Assembly (NCBI GenBank): GCA_008632985.1 | Contig: QPGO01000034.1 | Location: forward strand, 387,311-451,310 | Source of the DNA: Psammoneis japonica | Lineage: Eukaryota | Length of the DNA: 64,000 bases | Direction: 5' to 3' | In this document: in pieces, positions 1 to 13,600 of the stretch | Layout: each line of letters starts with the position of its first letter | Position numbering within the stretch: the first letter of the stretch is position 1 | Notes under the pieces: generated by a model | Databases searched by the model: none | What the model was told of the DNA's origin: nothing | What the model saw: the letters and a program-made list of their open reading frames with translations, nothing else | Program-made: the position numbers and the translations under genes

Positions 1-3000
1 CAAATTTGTGCTCTCAACTCTCCATGATGGGCTGCAAAAAGGTTGACTCCAACTCTCTGGCAATTCCGAAAAATTCCCCAGAGAGATTTGCAGATGGCTT
101 GCTGACAGCCTGTCTCATTGACATGCCAAGCCAAGCCCAGAGCTCTGTTTCACTCTTGTCAGAGGAGTGTGCACTGCTGCTCTTTTGTGAAAAAAAAGAG
201 TGAAGTGTGACTTCATTTGGACAAGCACCAGAGTCATGGAGCAGGGCCAAGCTTGAGCACAAAACACTGTTGGCCTGCCAATCATCTTGGCAGATCTCAG
301 CTTGACAAGTGACAAACATGTCAGACCATGTGGGCTGGGAGTTCCAAGCACACAACTGCTGTGCCAAAGTGAGAGAACTTGGGGTGCCAGAGAGTGACCA
401 ACACTCTGGCTGCTGGGCTCACTTTCAGGTTTTGACATCTTCTTTTGATGCCGAGGTCCCCCAAAGAATGTGAGAGCTGCAAAACTGAAACAAATGTTGT
501 CCCACCCAGCCAGTGTGGGCAGCAAGCTGATGGCAGCCATTGCTGCAGCTCAGTGCAACAGGCATGAGGGTGGAAAAGCACTGTGATCAAAGTTGACAAT
601 GTGCCAGTTTCCTCAGCTGCAGCAAGCTCTTGAGTGTGCCTTCTTTGACAAACTGCAATCTCAAGAGAAAAAATTGCAGTCTTTCTGCCTCACATGACAA
701 AAAGCAGGAGAGACAGCACCCCAAAGTCAATGACAATGTGGCAGGCAACAGACTGTGTCACAAAGAGATCTGTGTGGCTGGACAGCTGCCAGGTGTGATG
801 CAGCTGCATGATTCCCTGCCCCTTGTGCTTCTCTCTCAATGACCAGTTTGCATGTTCTCTTGGGTGGTGTGCACAGCAAGGCACAAAGCAGAGCATGTTG
901 ATGTCTTTTGTTTGTGCCCATGTTGTCATTCACAGAAGTGCTCCCAAGCAAGCCATGAAGTGCAGAGTTTGCTGCAAAGATTTGCACACCAAGCCCCTCC
1001 CTTTTTGTCACACACAAAAAAATGGTTTTGACCCATTCAACTGCTTTTTGACTCACTCAGTTGACATCCTCCTTTTTTGTTTACAAGCACTCATGAACAA
1101 GAAAATTGAAACACCTTTTTTGTGGAAAAGAAAACCTCACAAAAACACATTCATTCTTCTTGCTGTGTGCAAAACACACATGTGATGACCATTGTCACTT
1201 GCGATGATGCACTGGCACAAAAAGTGTTTGTCATCATCTCACAATGAACACACATGGAAATGCACAAACTCTGCCTCACAGTTGTCAAGTGACTGTGCAG
1301 CAACAAAGCAGAAGAGCCTTGTGACCCACCAAAAAGTGAGAAGCAGTGAAAGCCAAAAGAGGTGGGTGCTTGTGTGGGCCACAATGGCACCTGCCACCAC
1401 TGGCATCTCAAGATGATGACATGGTGCAACATGGGTCATGTTGAGCCTCCAAATGTTCTTGGCTGCTGTGCAGAGCTCCAGAAAAAGTTTGCAAGAGGCC
1501 CAGGTTGTCACAGGCACAATTTGTTGAGCTTGCCAAAATGTGTGAGGACTCTGATTGTTTTCACAGATGAAAAGAGGGTGGTGCACAGGATGCTTGCAGG
1601 GTGGAAGACACTCCACTGAGATTGTTGCCACTTCCTGTGCCTCAACACCTTGGATGTGGGTGGGCATCAATCAACCTGTTAGAAGCCACAGCTGTTGCTG
1701 AAGGAGCTGTGAGAGAGTGTTCTTTCATTTTTTCACAGAGTTTGGCTCAACCACACGATGTGAAAAATTTCTTTTGATGCCCACTGACTCTGACAATGCC
1801 TGCAAACACACAAAAAAAACTGAGGTCAATGGATTTCCTGTTGTGCTGTGGGTTCAACCAATGTGAAGGAGAGTCCTTGTCAGCACTTTCAGGCAGCCTG
1901 CTAGGTTGAATGACAAGAGTCTCTTGTGCTCTTTGGTGAGTTCTGGATGACATCATCTTTGAGCTGTGCAGCTGTGGTGAGTGTGGAAATGTTGCAAAAC
2001 AAAAAGTGTTGTGGTGCCAAACTGTTTTGGTTGATGGGTGCCTGGAATGGGCCAATGCTGTCTGCCTCCAATTGAGTCAACAACAAACTGGGCTGAGATT
2101 CAGTTTTCTGCTTGGCTGCTGGAGCATCAACATGAAAAGATGCGGAGCACACTTTTGGCATTTTGAAGGGGCACCTGTGCATCTTGAAACAGGGGCATGT
2201 CTTCAAGAAAGAGTCAGCAGTGCAGACTAAATCTGGTTGACCTGCTGTGCACTTCACAGCTGGCTGCTTGAGGCCACACATTGACTTGTCAAGGAATGCT
2301 GGGAGAAGGGAGTTTGAATTGGCCAGGAGGGTCCTCCAGGAGATCATGACAAGAAGATGGTGAGCAGGTTTGTGCCCAACCCAATTTCATGCCTCTGCTG
2401 TGCTGCCACCAGATGACAATTTGGGGTTCTTGTTGGAAGTGGTTTTGAGAAGGAGGGTGGAAGCAAGGGCAGTGAAGAAGCTGGGGTTGGTGGCAGCTTC
2501 AACAGGGTGTTGGCATCAGGACAAGAGGTGCAGGGGGGGGGGGGGTTGAATGACACCCAGCTTGTCCACAACTTGTTTTTAGATCATTTTAGGTCCAAGC
2601 TGCTGGCCAGGTGTTTTGACACTTCATTCATGGTTCACAGAGTGTGAGGTCCAGTGGCCATCTTGCACGGGGATGTCCCAACCAGCAGCGCGCAATGCCA
2701 AAACAACATGCAGCACACAATGTCTGAAACAGTTGACTTGATGGGTCAAATGGTGAATTAACACATTGCCAGCAACAAACTTGACAAGTTGTCTTGACAA
2801 GTCATGTGGTGTTGAAGCATTGCATTCTTGCTGGCAGTTGACTTGACAAGTCATGTGGTGAAATGCTGCACTGTTGGCAACCCACTTGACCAGTCATCTC
2901 CACACAAGTCATGTGGCAAAATGCTGAGTTGCTGGCAGCAACATCAAAAAGTCATTTGGCAAAATGCCACATTTCTGGCAGTGTTGACTTGACAAGTCAT

Positions 3001-6000
3001 GTGGTGAAATGCTGTGTGGCAAAATGCCACACCACCAGCAATTGACTCCACAAGCTGTTTGGTGAAATTTTGCATTGCTGGCAAGTCAACTCAGCAAGTC
3101 ATGTGGTGAGGTGCAGCATTTCTGGCAGTCAAATCAACAAGTTGTGTGGTGAAATGCTGCACTGGCTGCTGGCAGTCATCTTGACACATCATTTTGGTGA
3201 AATGCCACATTGCCAGCTGTCAACTCCAGAGTGTGCTGCAGCTCATCAAATTGCCAACTCTCATTTTGACCCCACAAGCAGGGGATGAAATGCCTGGCAT
3301 TTTCCTTCTGATGCAGCAGCTGCAGCAGCTGATGGCAAATCTCCTTGGTGGCCGCATTGTTGGCATCACTGGCCTCTGTGCCACCCCCAGTGGGGTGCTG
3401 CATCATTGTGCTTTTTTTGTGCCTCTTCATCAGAGATGCATGGCTGGACAAAGTCAGGTTGTCAGCACTGCTTGATGGCACTGCCTTGGCACAATCAATG
3501 GCTTCCCTTTGCTTGCTTTCAAGTTTGGCCTCAGTTTTTTCTAGCTCTGCTTCTGACCAAGAAAGTTGCACCATGCAGGCACATTCTAACAAAGTTGTGT
3601 TGTTGCACTTCTCAATCCTTTTTACATTGCAACTGAATTTTCTGTTCAGGTTTTTCAAAGTTGTGCACCAGTGGTGCAAAAAGCTGATCATTGACCCTGG
3701 CTTCATGGGCTTTAGAATGGGTGCCATCATTGACTTCATTTGGACCAGGGTTGCCAGCCAAAGGCACTGCTTGAAATTCAAGTCAGGCACACCCATTGTG
3801 CCCTTTTCACACTCTGCTGAATCTTCCTTTCATTTTTCATTCTCAACAGCTTTCCTGCATTTTTTCTCTTTTCAGCAGGCCTGTCTTTTGGGCCCTCCAT
3901 CACAGCAAGACTCCACCTGAGCTGCTTCATGACAGCCTGCACTGTTGGATCAGATGACAGAGATGCAACAAATGCTGTTCCCAAAAGATGTGTGTCCATG
4001 GTTTCAGAATCCACACATCATTGACAGTGCTGGCAGTTGCTCCAGAGCTGTTGGACTCTGTTTTCTCCTCATTGCATTCACTGGAAGCACCTTGCCCAAC
4101 TTTCAACTTGCTTTCCTGGCATGTGGGCTGCCTTTGTGGACAAAGTTGAGAGGCAGTCATCACACTCATCAGGCTCAGCCAGAGGGAAGCATGCATTTGT
4201 TGATGCAAGGTTTGTGCAGACTGTCTGCATGGGTCACTGTTGCAAAAACTTTCTTGCAGCTCTTCCTCAACATGTCCTCACCATCCACAAGAATGGCACA
4301 TTCTGAAAGCTTCACCATCAAGCCTGCAGCAATTCTTTGTGCAAATCATTCCTTTTTGGTTGTTTTGGTGGTGGTGGTGGGGGTGTCACCTTCTGGTGGC
4401 ACCCACTGTGGCTGATCCCATGCAAGCTCCTGCTGCACTGAAGCAGTGCACTGGGAGTTGGCTGGCACCAGCCCAGCTGGCAGTGGAGTGACAGCACATA
4501 AAATTTGGATTTGTTTTTTTTGGGGTGCACCAAGATTTGCACATGGAGCAAAGCACATGGGCTGGATGTGACTCTGAGGACATTGAGAGGGAAAGCAGGT
4601 GCAATGACCATGACTGCAGTGTCTGCAGACATGCAAGTTGGCAGCATGACTGAAGAGCTGAGTGGGAACTTAAGAAAGGAAGAGGCAATGGTCATGCTCC
4701 TGGCAAAGGTGACTGTGCATGTCAAAAATCAGATGTGCATGGGGTCCAGGAGCAAAAGGGGCAACTCAGCTGGGTGCAGGTGCCAGTGGGTTCCACCACA
4801 AGGTGATGAGAGCATGGAGGGAGTCAAAGTTGGGGGCGGTGGCACGGATGGCATCATTGCAACAGGAGGGCATCCAGTCAGAGAGCAAGGTGCACAGTGA
4901 GCAGGAATGAGGTTGTTGAGAAGCTCAAGCGTCTCAATGGTGTGCTGAGAAGTCTCAAACTCATCTAACTCAGATTGCATGGGATGATCAGATGGGTCAT
5001 CAGAAATGTCAAAAGAAGGATGAGGATGCTTGGGTGGAGGGGGGTCAGTCAGCAGAGAGCAGCCAGAAGTGCATGGAGGGGAAACAACTGGCAGCAAGAG
5101 TGGGTCCTTGGACTTCTGGAGGCTGCCACTCTTTGGGAAGGAGCTCAAGAGAATGACAGGAGAGGGTGCTGTGAGAAGGAGCAGTGGGCTGAGGGGCAGC
5201 AATGACACAGGGAGAAGGGAGAGAGCAACAGCATCAAGAGAAGAGGAGTTGGGGATGGCTGAAAGCAGGTCAGAAGGACAGCCATCACAGAGCTTTGAAG
5301 GTCAAGGTTAGAGTCACAGAGTGCAATCATGTGCAGCAAAGGGAAAAGCAAGAATTGAAACTTGATCAGGGGGCTCACATGAGCACAAAAGACCGGTGCA
5401 AGGAGTTGAGGTTGGGAGTGTGCAGGAGGAGTTGGACACTGGGTTCAGGAAGAGGACAGGGGGGGTGATCTGTGGTGTTGACATCAGTCACATTTTGTTG
5501 ACAAACAGAGATGTTGTTCAGGGCACCAATGCAAGTGCTTGCAGAGGATGCCACTGGAATGGGAAATGGGAGAGCAGCCACAGAAGAGCCAGCCAAGAGC
5601 TTAGAAAGATTTAGCAGAAGCAGAGAGTGGGGTTGGCAATGTGAAGGAGGGCACTCCAAATGTCATCAGAGGATGCAAAGATGCAGAAGACACAGAGCAG
5701 TGAAACACAGCAATGGGCTTGCATTGGGCCCAATGAACACTGGGAAGGCTGGATGCCAACAAGGTTGAGAAGAAAGGCAGAGCAGTCCTGGAAGGGCCAA
5801 AGAGTGGGACCAGCACGAAGCAGATGGTCACATGCATGGTGGGAGGATTCACATGTCAAAGAAGCAACACTGGTGAGGAGATGCCACAGTCTTTTTTGTG
5901 TTGTGCAGGCAGGGATCAAAAAAGTGTGGTGTCGGGTCCATGGGTTGTCAACAATGGGGGCTGGTGAGGAGGAGGGGTTGAGAAAGTTGGGAAGGCGCGC

Positions 6001-7130
6001 TGGTGGCCCAGAACTTGGTGAAATGGGAGGCAGGGTGCATGTGGCATTTCTGGTGGAGGAGGGAAAGGGCTTGACTGTGGAGGATGGTTGCAAAGTCAAA
6101 AGAGATTCCCTCAGGTGCAGTGTGGGGCAGTGCACAGCTTGGCTTTGCTGGGCCCACTGGCTCCAACAGGGCCCAGAGCAGCTCTTCTTGGTTTCAAAAA
6201 GAATGGCACACTTGAGCACAAAGAGAAGACAAAGAATGCACTGCTGATGACACTGGAGCCTGCAGATGACAATGTCCTCAAAAGTCTCTGCAGACAACAA
6301 GTTGACAGGGAGCTTTTGTCAGAGGGGTCGGCAGGGTGCAGGACTTGAGAACTGGGAGCTCAGCAGCAGCAGGCAAAGCAGAGGCAGCAGAGGAGGCAGA
6401 GGCAGACGTGGCAGGTGGCAACAGAAGAAAAGGCAATGAGCTTGACATTTGTGGGCAACTCACCAAAATCAGCACAGAGCCATGGTGGGAGGTGCTGGGC
6501 ACAGAGCCGCTGCATCAGCGGAGCGAGCTTGGGGGCGCAGGAGGAGGACAATGGGGAAGAGGAGGCGCAGGCAGTCATGTGAAGAGAGGCCACACAGATT
6601 GGCAGGAAAGGCACAGGAGGGGCAGTTGCACTGAAAAGCATGGGTGGAGTCATGTGGTTGGAAAGGGGCAACAGAAAAGCTCTCACAAGAGATTGAGGGA
6701 GCTGCGGTGTGGGGTGGTGTTGAACGAACACAGCTGAGGACGAGGAGGGAGAGCAGGAGTTGAGACAGAGAAAGGTGAACAGCAAGAAGAGGACTTTTGG
6801 CAAAAGGGATTCAAAAGGTGCAGAAGAAGGAGGGGAAAGAAGGCAGATGGGAAAGGGAGGCGGCGGCAATGGCAGCAGCAACAGACAAGAAAAGGAGCGA
6901 GCGACAAAACGCAAAAAGAAAGAGAACAAGAAGGCCATGCATGGCGGAGGGGCGGAGAGTCAGGAGGCCACTTTGGGAGGAGGTGCAGCAAAGTGCTGGT
7001 GCACCCGAGAAGGGATGCTGTCACTGTGGTCATTGCATGCTTCACAGGCGTTTCGATGTTGGTCCGACCAAGGGAGGGGCCCTTTGAAATTTGAAAGTGG
7101 TCCAGACTGTGTCAAACTTTCTCGTGACTG
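1..7130. other. TpA/CpG-depleted block of degenerate, probably repeat-derived DNA (element family not identified)
   Basis: TA and CG dinucleotides are nearly absent and TG/CA is in excess. The many overlapping ORFs are Tyr-less and Cys/His/Trp/Gln-rich. Normal composition resumes at about 7135. Confidence 0.75.
2730..3228. repeat. Degenerate ~40-bp tandem repeat, about 10-12 copies
   Basis: Recurrent unit approximating gcagttgacttgacaagtcatgtggtgaaatgctgcatttctg (e.g. near 2834, 2979, 3125, 3172). Confidence 0.85.
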
Positions 7131-7667
7131 AAAATAACTCATGATTGAAGATGACGTGTACACAGTGTTGCTTCGGTGTGTTGCTTCTGCCTGCTGGTTT
7201 CTGCAGCTGACAACTGGCCTGTAGAAAGTCTACGAGTTGAACCAGTGACTCAGATGTGCGGCAGATGACTGGATATTGCCCTCATGAAGTAGCGAAATAA
7301 TTACTTATGACACGGTTTGTCCGATAAGTGATGCCATATGCTTTTTACGTGTCATCTCTGTGACGGGAAGCCCTCCTCGTACAAAATCGTCGTGCAATCT
7401 ACGCGGGAATTGATGATGGTCGTCAACCCACCAACGATCCTGCTGTTTTTTGCCATCACACAAAAGAAAAACGAACTTGAACTCGATGATCTTATCAACA
7501 CGTCGATTGCCTCAACTGCACAGGACGAACCAGAGATAGCTAGAAGAGACACGATAGTAGTGAAAGGAACAAACTGAGTGTCTTGGAAGGAACAGAATAA
7601 CAACTTTTATCGAAAAAGAGCGCGCAAAGGCTCTAGAATAGGTGCTGCTTCTTTTGCGAGATTAAAG

Positions 7668-10347
7668 ATGCAAACCTTTCCTCCTCCAGCTGCTTCTGCG
7701 CAGAGCACAAATTCAGGACAGGCGGCGGCTCCAGCAACAAGCAATGTTGCTCCTTCTCAGCCTGGAACTGCTGTTCACACTCCTACGGGAGCCCCCGGTG
7801 TGTTGTTTCCTGTCGACCCAGCTACCGCATCTTTGATGATGAATCCGCACGCTGCTGCTGCCATGGTCGCCGCTGCTGTGCAGCACGGAGCATCGCAACA
7901 GGTTGCTCAGGCTCAGGCTGCAACGATTGCTTCTTCGCAGAACGTAGTTACCAGTCAGCCACAGACGGTGGCGAGCGCTCCAGCGCATTCTATGGGAACA
8001 GTGATGGCGGCCCTCCTAAATGGTATGGGTGGCCATGCTAACGCGGGTAGTCATCATCCATCAATACCGACACAACCTGCGGTGCAGTATCATGTGGCAG
8101 CAGCACAGCCACAAACGAGTACGCCATCGATGGTTGCACCGCCTTCGCAATCCTTACCCAACAACCCCGCCGCAGTAGCCGCTGCAGCTGCCCAAGTCGT
8201 AGCGGCGCACAATCCAGCCCAAACAGGACCCATGACAAGCGCGTTCATGTCCAACATCAAGACCTGGAAGCTTGGTCAGTTGGGTAAGTGGTAATGCGGA
8301 AGCATTGCGTGCTCCCCGACTCTTTCGATTGCCAACAAATGTTTCTTGTCTCTTTGTTTTCCTACAGAATCTCAAGTGCAGTTGCTTCGAGAAGCAAATC
8401 AACCAATTCCGCAACCACTCGCCATGTATTTGGCTGAAGCTCGTCGCAAGGAGGAGAAGAAAACAGCTAAGCGGGTCGCCAACCGAAAGTCTGCATGTAC
8501 ATCTCGTGCTCGAAAGAAAGCCCTAGTCGAGGAGATGACAAGAACGAACGCAAGACTGCGAAGACAAGCGATGATTTTGGCTCTACTTCCAGACCTGGTC
8601 ATCGCTATAACGGTGGACGGACAAATTACTTTCTGCAGCGCTCAAGTGGAAAGAGTGCTACGACATAAAGAACAAGATCTAGTGGGCGCCAATATTTTAG
8701 ACATCTTGGTACCTGCGTCGAAGGAAGCTCTGCAGCATCTAGTCGAAGAGCTTGTTGCTGCGGAACGTGCAGCGGCATCCGCCGACAACGTTGTCGCAGC
8801 ACGGGGTAGAACGGGGGCCGAGGCTATTGAAGCGAATACAAAGATGGTTAGAGCGATCAGCGCGAGCGGGAATGCTTCAGGACAGTCGTCTTCTGCCTCA
8901 GGAGGCGACGTTTCTTCTGCCGGTGCCGCTGTTGTTTCTGACCAGTCATTTCCCATGTCTGTGGTCAAGGTTCAGAATCAACAGCAAGATGCATCATCAG
9001 GCGGCGACTCAGACCTGTCAACGAGGAGCAATGGAGGCAAACCGGTTGCCCCTGTTTCTTCGATAACGAACAATTCGATAAGTCGCTCGACGACGAACTC
9101 ATCTTTTGGTATCCAAAGTGATGAAGCCGTTGTTCCACTCACCGCTTCAGGGGCTGCCAGTGCGGGAGAAACACATATAGAAAAGAGCCACGCTCCTGTT
9201 GCTGGTAAGAATACCCCCCATCAAGCACAGACAAGCAGCGACGACTCTTTGTCGTCTTCCTCCGACAGCAAGAACTTGCGGAAAGCGAATGAGGCGTTGA
9301 GCCAGAACGTGAGGTGGCACAACGAAAAGCTATTGGGGAAATCCAAAACTGGGTCGTCCAAATGCGCTCATAAGGACGACGTTACTGGAGCTTCAGTGAC
9401 TGCGAACAACGCCGACGCAAGATTATCCTCGCTTCAACATCACCCTCACGGAAGATCGTCTCCCAAGAAAAGTGTGCGATACGAGAGCCTTGAAGAGCAA
9501 TCTTCTGCTTGTTCTTCAGATTCTTTGCTCGCAGGTGTCGAGGAAAAGAAGAAGCGCAGCAACAAGGATTCGATCGAAAACGCGTCAGAAGATTCTGGAT
9601 ATAGGGAATCCAACGATAGCCAGTCGTCTCCGGAAAGTACGAGTGACAGCTCTAACGGTGAGTTTGGCATATGCTCAAAACTTGTACCTAATAGTCGAAG
9701 CGCGCCGCTCACCTGTTTTGTTGCCGTTTCTATTCCGTACCGTAGACAAGGCAAGACCAAAGCCCCTTGCACCCACTTGCAATGTCTGTCTGATTCGAGA
9801 CAACCTTACCACCGTGTGGTGCGAAGTAACGTCGTCCATTCGCACAAGATCCATTAAAGAATCTGTTGATAGTCAGGCGTTTAGCGGACAATCACCACCT
9901 AGTGCAGCAATGGCCGCATCCTCTGCTGAGAACTCCAAAGAATCGAAGACATTTCAGCAGTCTTCAGCCGACCCGGGTTCGTCTGGTGATGTCGTCAAGG
10001 AATTGCTTCTCTGTCTACGCCCGATTCGCGACGGCGAAGAAATGGTGGACGAGTCACTACGTTTCGTTCCTGCCTCAAGGCAAGAAGCTTCCACGATGAT
10101 GGACGTTGACCAATCGAATCAGAATTCGTCTTCTGGCGGGAACAGCACGTCCAATGGAAGTGATCAGAACACTCCCGCAAAATCAAGACCACCAAAGAAG
10201 AGGCGGATAGTCGATCAGCGGGAGTGTACTAAAGTTTCAAGCGATAGCAGTGCGAACGGTGCGAAGAAAAGTCGGTTGTCCGATGATACGGAAAAGAGCG
10301 TCGTTGAATCCCTTATTCTCATGTCCAACAACTCTACCAATGCATAG
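7668..10347 (+). CDS. bZIP-PAS transcription factor (3 exons: 7668-8283, 8368-9657, 9746-10347)
   Basis: Basic region KRVANRKSACTSRARKK plus a short zipper, followed by a PAS N-terminal part (LALLPDLVIAITVDGQITFCSAQVERVL). The PAS C-terminal strands (CLIRDNLTTVWCEVTSSIR, ELLLCLRP) are in exon 3. GT-AG introns 8284-8367 and 9658-9745 join the ORFs in frame. Confidence 0.88.
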
Positions 10348-10689
10348 AATATCCTGTGTGTAGTTTTAATAGCAATAATAATGATAGACCACGTAATAGT
10401 TGGCGAAATCCCTTGTTTGTTTTGGCTCTTCTGGTTTGGGGTTTGCCCTTCGCGCAACGCTGCCACTCTTTTTTCGCGCGCAAAAGCTCGTTGTATTCGC
10501 CCCTCAGCACGCACGCCGAAACAACGCACCTCAATCTTTCACAGCGTACACAACTCTTCGATCTTGCTGGTCATTGCAGTGCCCTCTGGGACCCTCTGTG
10601 TGCATCTATTCCTTACCCTGCCTGCCCCTGTATTGCTTTCTCTTGCTTTTGTTGCTGTCGCTGCATGCAATCAGCTCCATAGCGGTATC

Positions 10690-13600
10690 ATGAAGTACTC
10701 GGAGGCCTGCGAGTGGCTGCAACTGAACCCCGACGACGAACTTGACGAAGCGCAGCTCAGGCGCGCTTTTCGAGCAGCGGCGATCCGGGAACACCCAGAT
10801 AAGTCTACCAAGGACGACGCCACACATCGGTTCCAGCAAGTTACACACGCCCATCGACTGCTACTGCAATGTGTTGCGCGTGGATTGACCGGAAGCGATG
10901 CCCACGACGTCGATGATGCTGTGTTTGAAGATGAGAATTTTGCATTCGATGACGGCGAAGAAGAAGCGGATCTTTTCGATGACGGAATCTTCTTCACCGT
11001 TCACGTAAGTCCCTTTGGCGAGATGTTTATTCGGGTGCATTTTGGTAGAGAACCTGAGGACGAAAGGGTCCCGGATCCGTTCCCGCAGAGATCTCCTTCC
11101 TATTCACGACCCTCGCATCCCTATACAAGCTCAAGGCCTCCCACAAAAAGCTCTTCAAACGCTCAATCGCAACAGACGAAGCAGCAGGTGGAGTACCTTC
11201 GAAAGAAGCAGGAAGAAGAAGATAAAGAATATGAAGAGTACATGGCACGCATGTACGAATACGCCAAGGAACGAGAGGAAGAGCGAAAGAAGAAGGTCCA
11301 GAGAGAAAAGGAGAGAGCCGAGTACATGGCGGAGCGTCGCGAACAAGCGGCTAGCGAGGGCAGACAATTGTTTGAAACATGGAATATTCAGCAATGCCTT
11401 GGAGAAGCGAGGCGACGGGGACTGGGCGTCAAGGGACTACAGCACGACGCTCTTGTGGAGCTCCTCATTCAAGATGAAGCTAAGAAAAGGACTCGGCGTG
11501 AGCTCAAGCAGCATGCCCCTCTCATCGATGAGTGGGCAGAAGTTCACGATACCAAACGGTCGGATATAAACACAAAGAAGGTCCGAGTCATTGACTTCTA
11601 TGATGGTGAGTTGGCTTTTGTTTTTACGGGCACTTATATCCGAACATCGTACTCAGTGATCACTTTTTCTATAGGAATGTATGTTGTCGAATGGGATGCT
11701 TCGGGTGGTGGGAAAAAGGTAAACAACAAAGTGAGGCATTCAAAGAAGGCCAGGATCAAGCCGGAACACCTCAAGCTCTGGGGAGGAGCAGCGGCACCGC
11801 CAAGTCCGCCAACGGAGGTCAAGTCAAACGATACCTCATCAGCAGGGGCTGATTGGATGCTTGGAAATCATGTCAAGTCTGAACTTCCCAAGGGTAGCAC
11901 TACTGGTATCGACTGGATTCTCGGTAATGAAACCAAGACTGCGCCACCAAGTCGACAAGCGCCCAAAATGGTCAAAATCAAAGTCAAATGTCCAAAAGAC
12001 AAAAAACCTGGCGATGTTTTGGAAGTCAAAAATCCGCACGCGATAGGCGAGAAACTGAAAGTGAGAGTGCCACCGAAAACTGTGCCGGGCAAGAGCTTCA
12101 CTTGGCTTGTCCGTGCAGCGGAAGCAAGCCAGGAACCGGTGAAGATCATCACATGCGCTGTCTGCTCGCGAGACTTGAAAGACGACAAGACTGCCGTTGC
12201 CCTCCGCTCCTGCACGCATTCCGTGTGCAAGGCTTGCCTTCCTCAAGTCCAAAACAAATCTTGCCTACAATGTGGCAAGCCGCACCCTACCATCGAGTCG
12301 CTACAGCACCTACCGTATCTTCAAGAGTTACAGGCGCCTGAGAACGTCCTCGAGAAGCTTCTAGAGGAATTCTTCTGCTGCCGAGAGGAAGAGGCTGCCG
12401 ATGGCAGAGATAATGCCGGCAAGGCAAAGGAAGCTTTGGACCATTCGTCAGAAAAGGCAACAAAGGCTGTCAATCGCCACTATCGACAAACGTCCTTGAA
12501 GGTAACCTTATGAAAACTATGTTCTTTTACATGCAGGGCTGGTTTCTTTTTGCAATCTCACCCCACTTGTCTGCGCACGTCCTTGCAGGTCCACCCCGAC
12601 AAACACGGCGAGGAGTTTCGTGCACAGTTTGACATCTTGAGCAAGGCCCGCGATGTGATGATCGACCCAAAACTTCGCAGGCTGTACATTGGCGAAATGG
12701 TTGGGATTGCTTGCAAAGTCGACCTCAGCTATATTCCGCGGAGCCATGATGTCTGGATTGAAAAGAATGATCCAGAAGCTGTGGAGCAGGCACGTCGTAA
12801 GAAGACAGAACCTGGTAAGCAAGAGCAAACGCTCCAGCTTGACGGCGGTGTCATGTACAGTCGGCCACGCAAGGCTCGCGTTTCAATAATCAAGAACGAC
12901 GAGAAGCTCGTCGAGGTCTTCTTGCCCGTGCTTCATGAGCACCAGTTCCTTTCGTATTGTAAGGAAGCAATCATTGTTGGATCATGCGGTAAGTCTGAAA
13001 CAAATGAAAATGGTGTCGAAGGGCTTCGTACAAGAGCCACTGTCTATCCTAGCCTGTTTGCTTAATCATGTTCCCTCTCTTTCTATATTCACAGGCGATA
13101 TGGATGATGATGAGATCCGCCTCGGCCACATATCCGGAAGTCATATTCGTGTTGTTGACGGAGAGATTCCAGTGAAGCTGTATCTGCCCAAACACTCAGT
13201 GTGGGACATTTGTTGGTACTCGAGAGTCGACCAGGGCGACGGGCAGCTTCGTGACACTCCGCGTTCGGCTGAAGCGCGGCTTGATCTGAGATCCGAGAAG
13301 CAATATGCCCGGATGGAGAAAGCTCAGTCGTTTGACGAGCTTGCCCGAAGGCGCACTAGCGAAATTCGATCGTATCTTGGGAGCCACAAGAGGGCGTCCA
13401 GTCGAGAAGAGATCGAAAGCCGATATTGGGCTCTCCACAGGGAAATTAGCCGAGGCCGCTCTACGGAGATAAAATTGCGTGATATTTTGAAGTCCATGGG
13501 AGAGTCGTCGTCCCAAGCTTTATTGTCGCTTCACGAGGTCCTCGAGGAAGCGTCGTCTGAAAAGGCCAAATTGAACGAGAAATGCAAGGGCTACCTAAAG

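Noticed and set aside
2730..3228. CRISPR array
   Set aside because: Units are contiguous degenerate tandem copies without unique spacers; no cas genes; eukaryotic context.
4300..6750. Non-LTR retrotransposon on the minus strand
   Set aside because: Only vague Cys/His and Pro-rich fragments; no RT or endonuclease motif could be read.
1..7130. Dozens of overlapping 60-230 aa ORFs as real genes (also in the other three blocks)
   Set aside because: Loss of TA removes TAA/TAG stops and Tyr codons, inflating ORFs in all six frames. The products are Tyr-less and Cys/His-rich, with no coherent domains.
8368..8760. Aureochrome (bZIP-LOV)
   Set aside because: No GRNCRFLQ flavin-binding motif; the domain is a generic PAS.
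10381..10689. N-terminal extension of the J protein from the ORF track
   Set aside because: It starts 34 bp after the upstream stop and reads like UTR/promoter sequence; the J domain begins right after ATG 10690.
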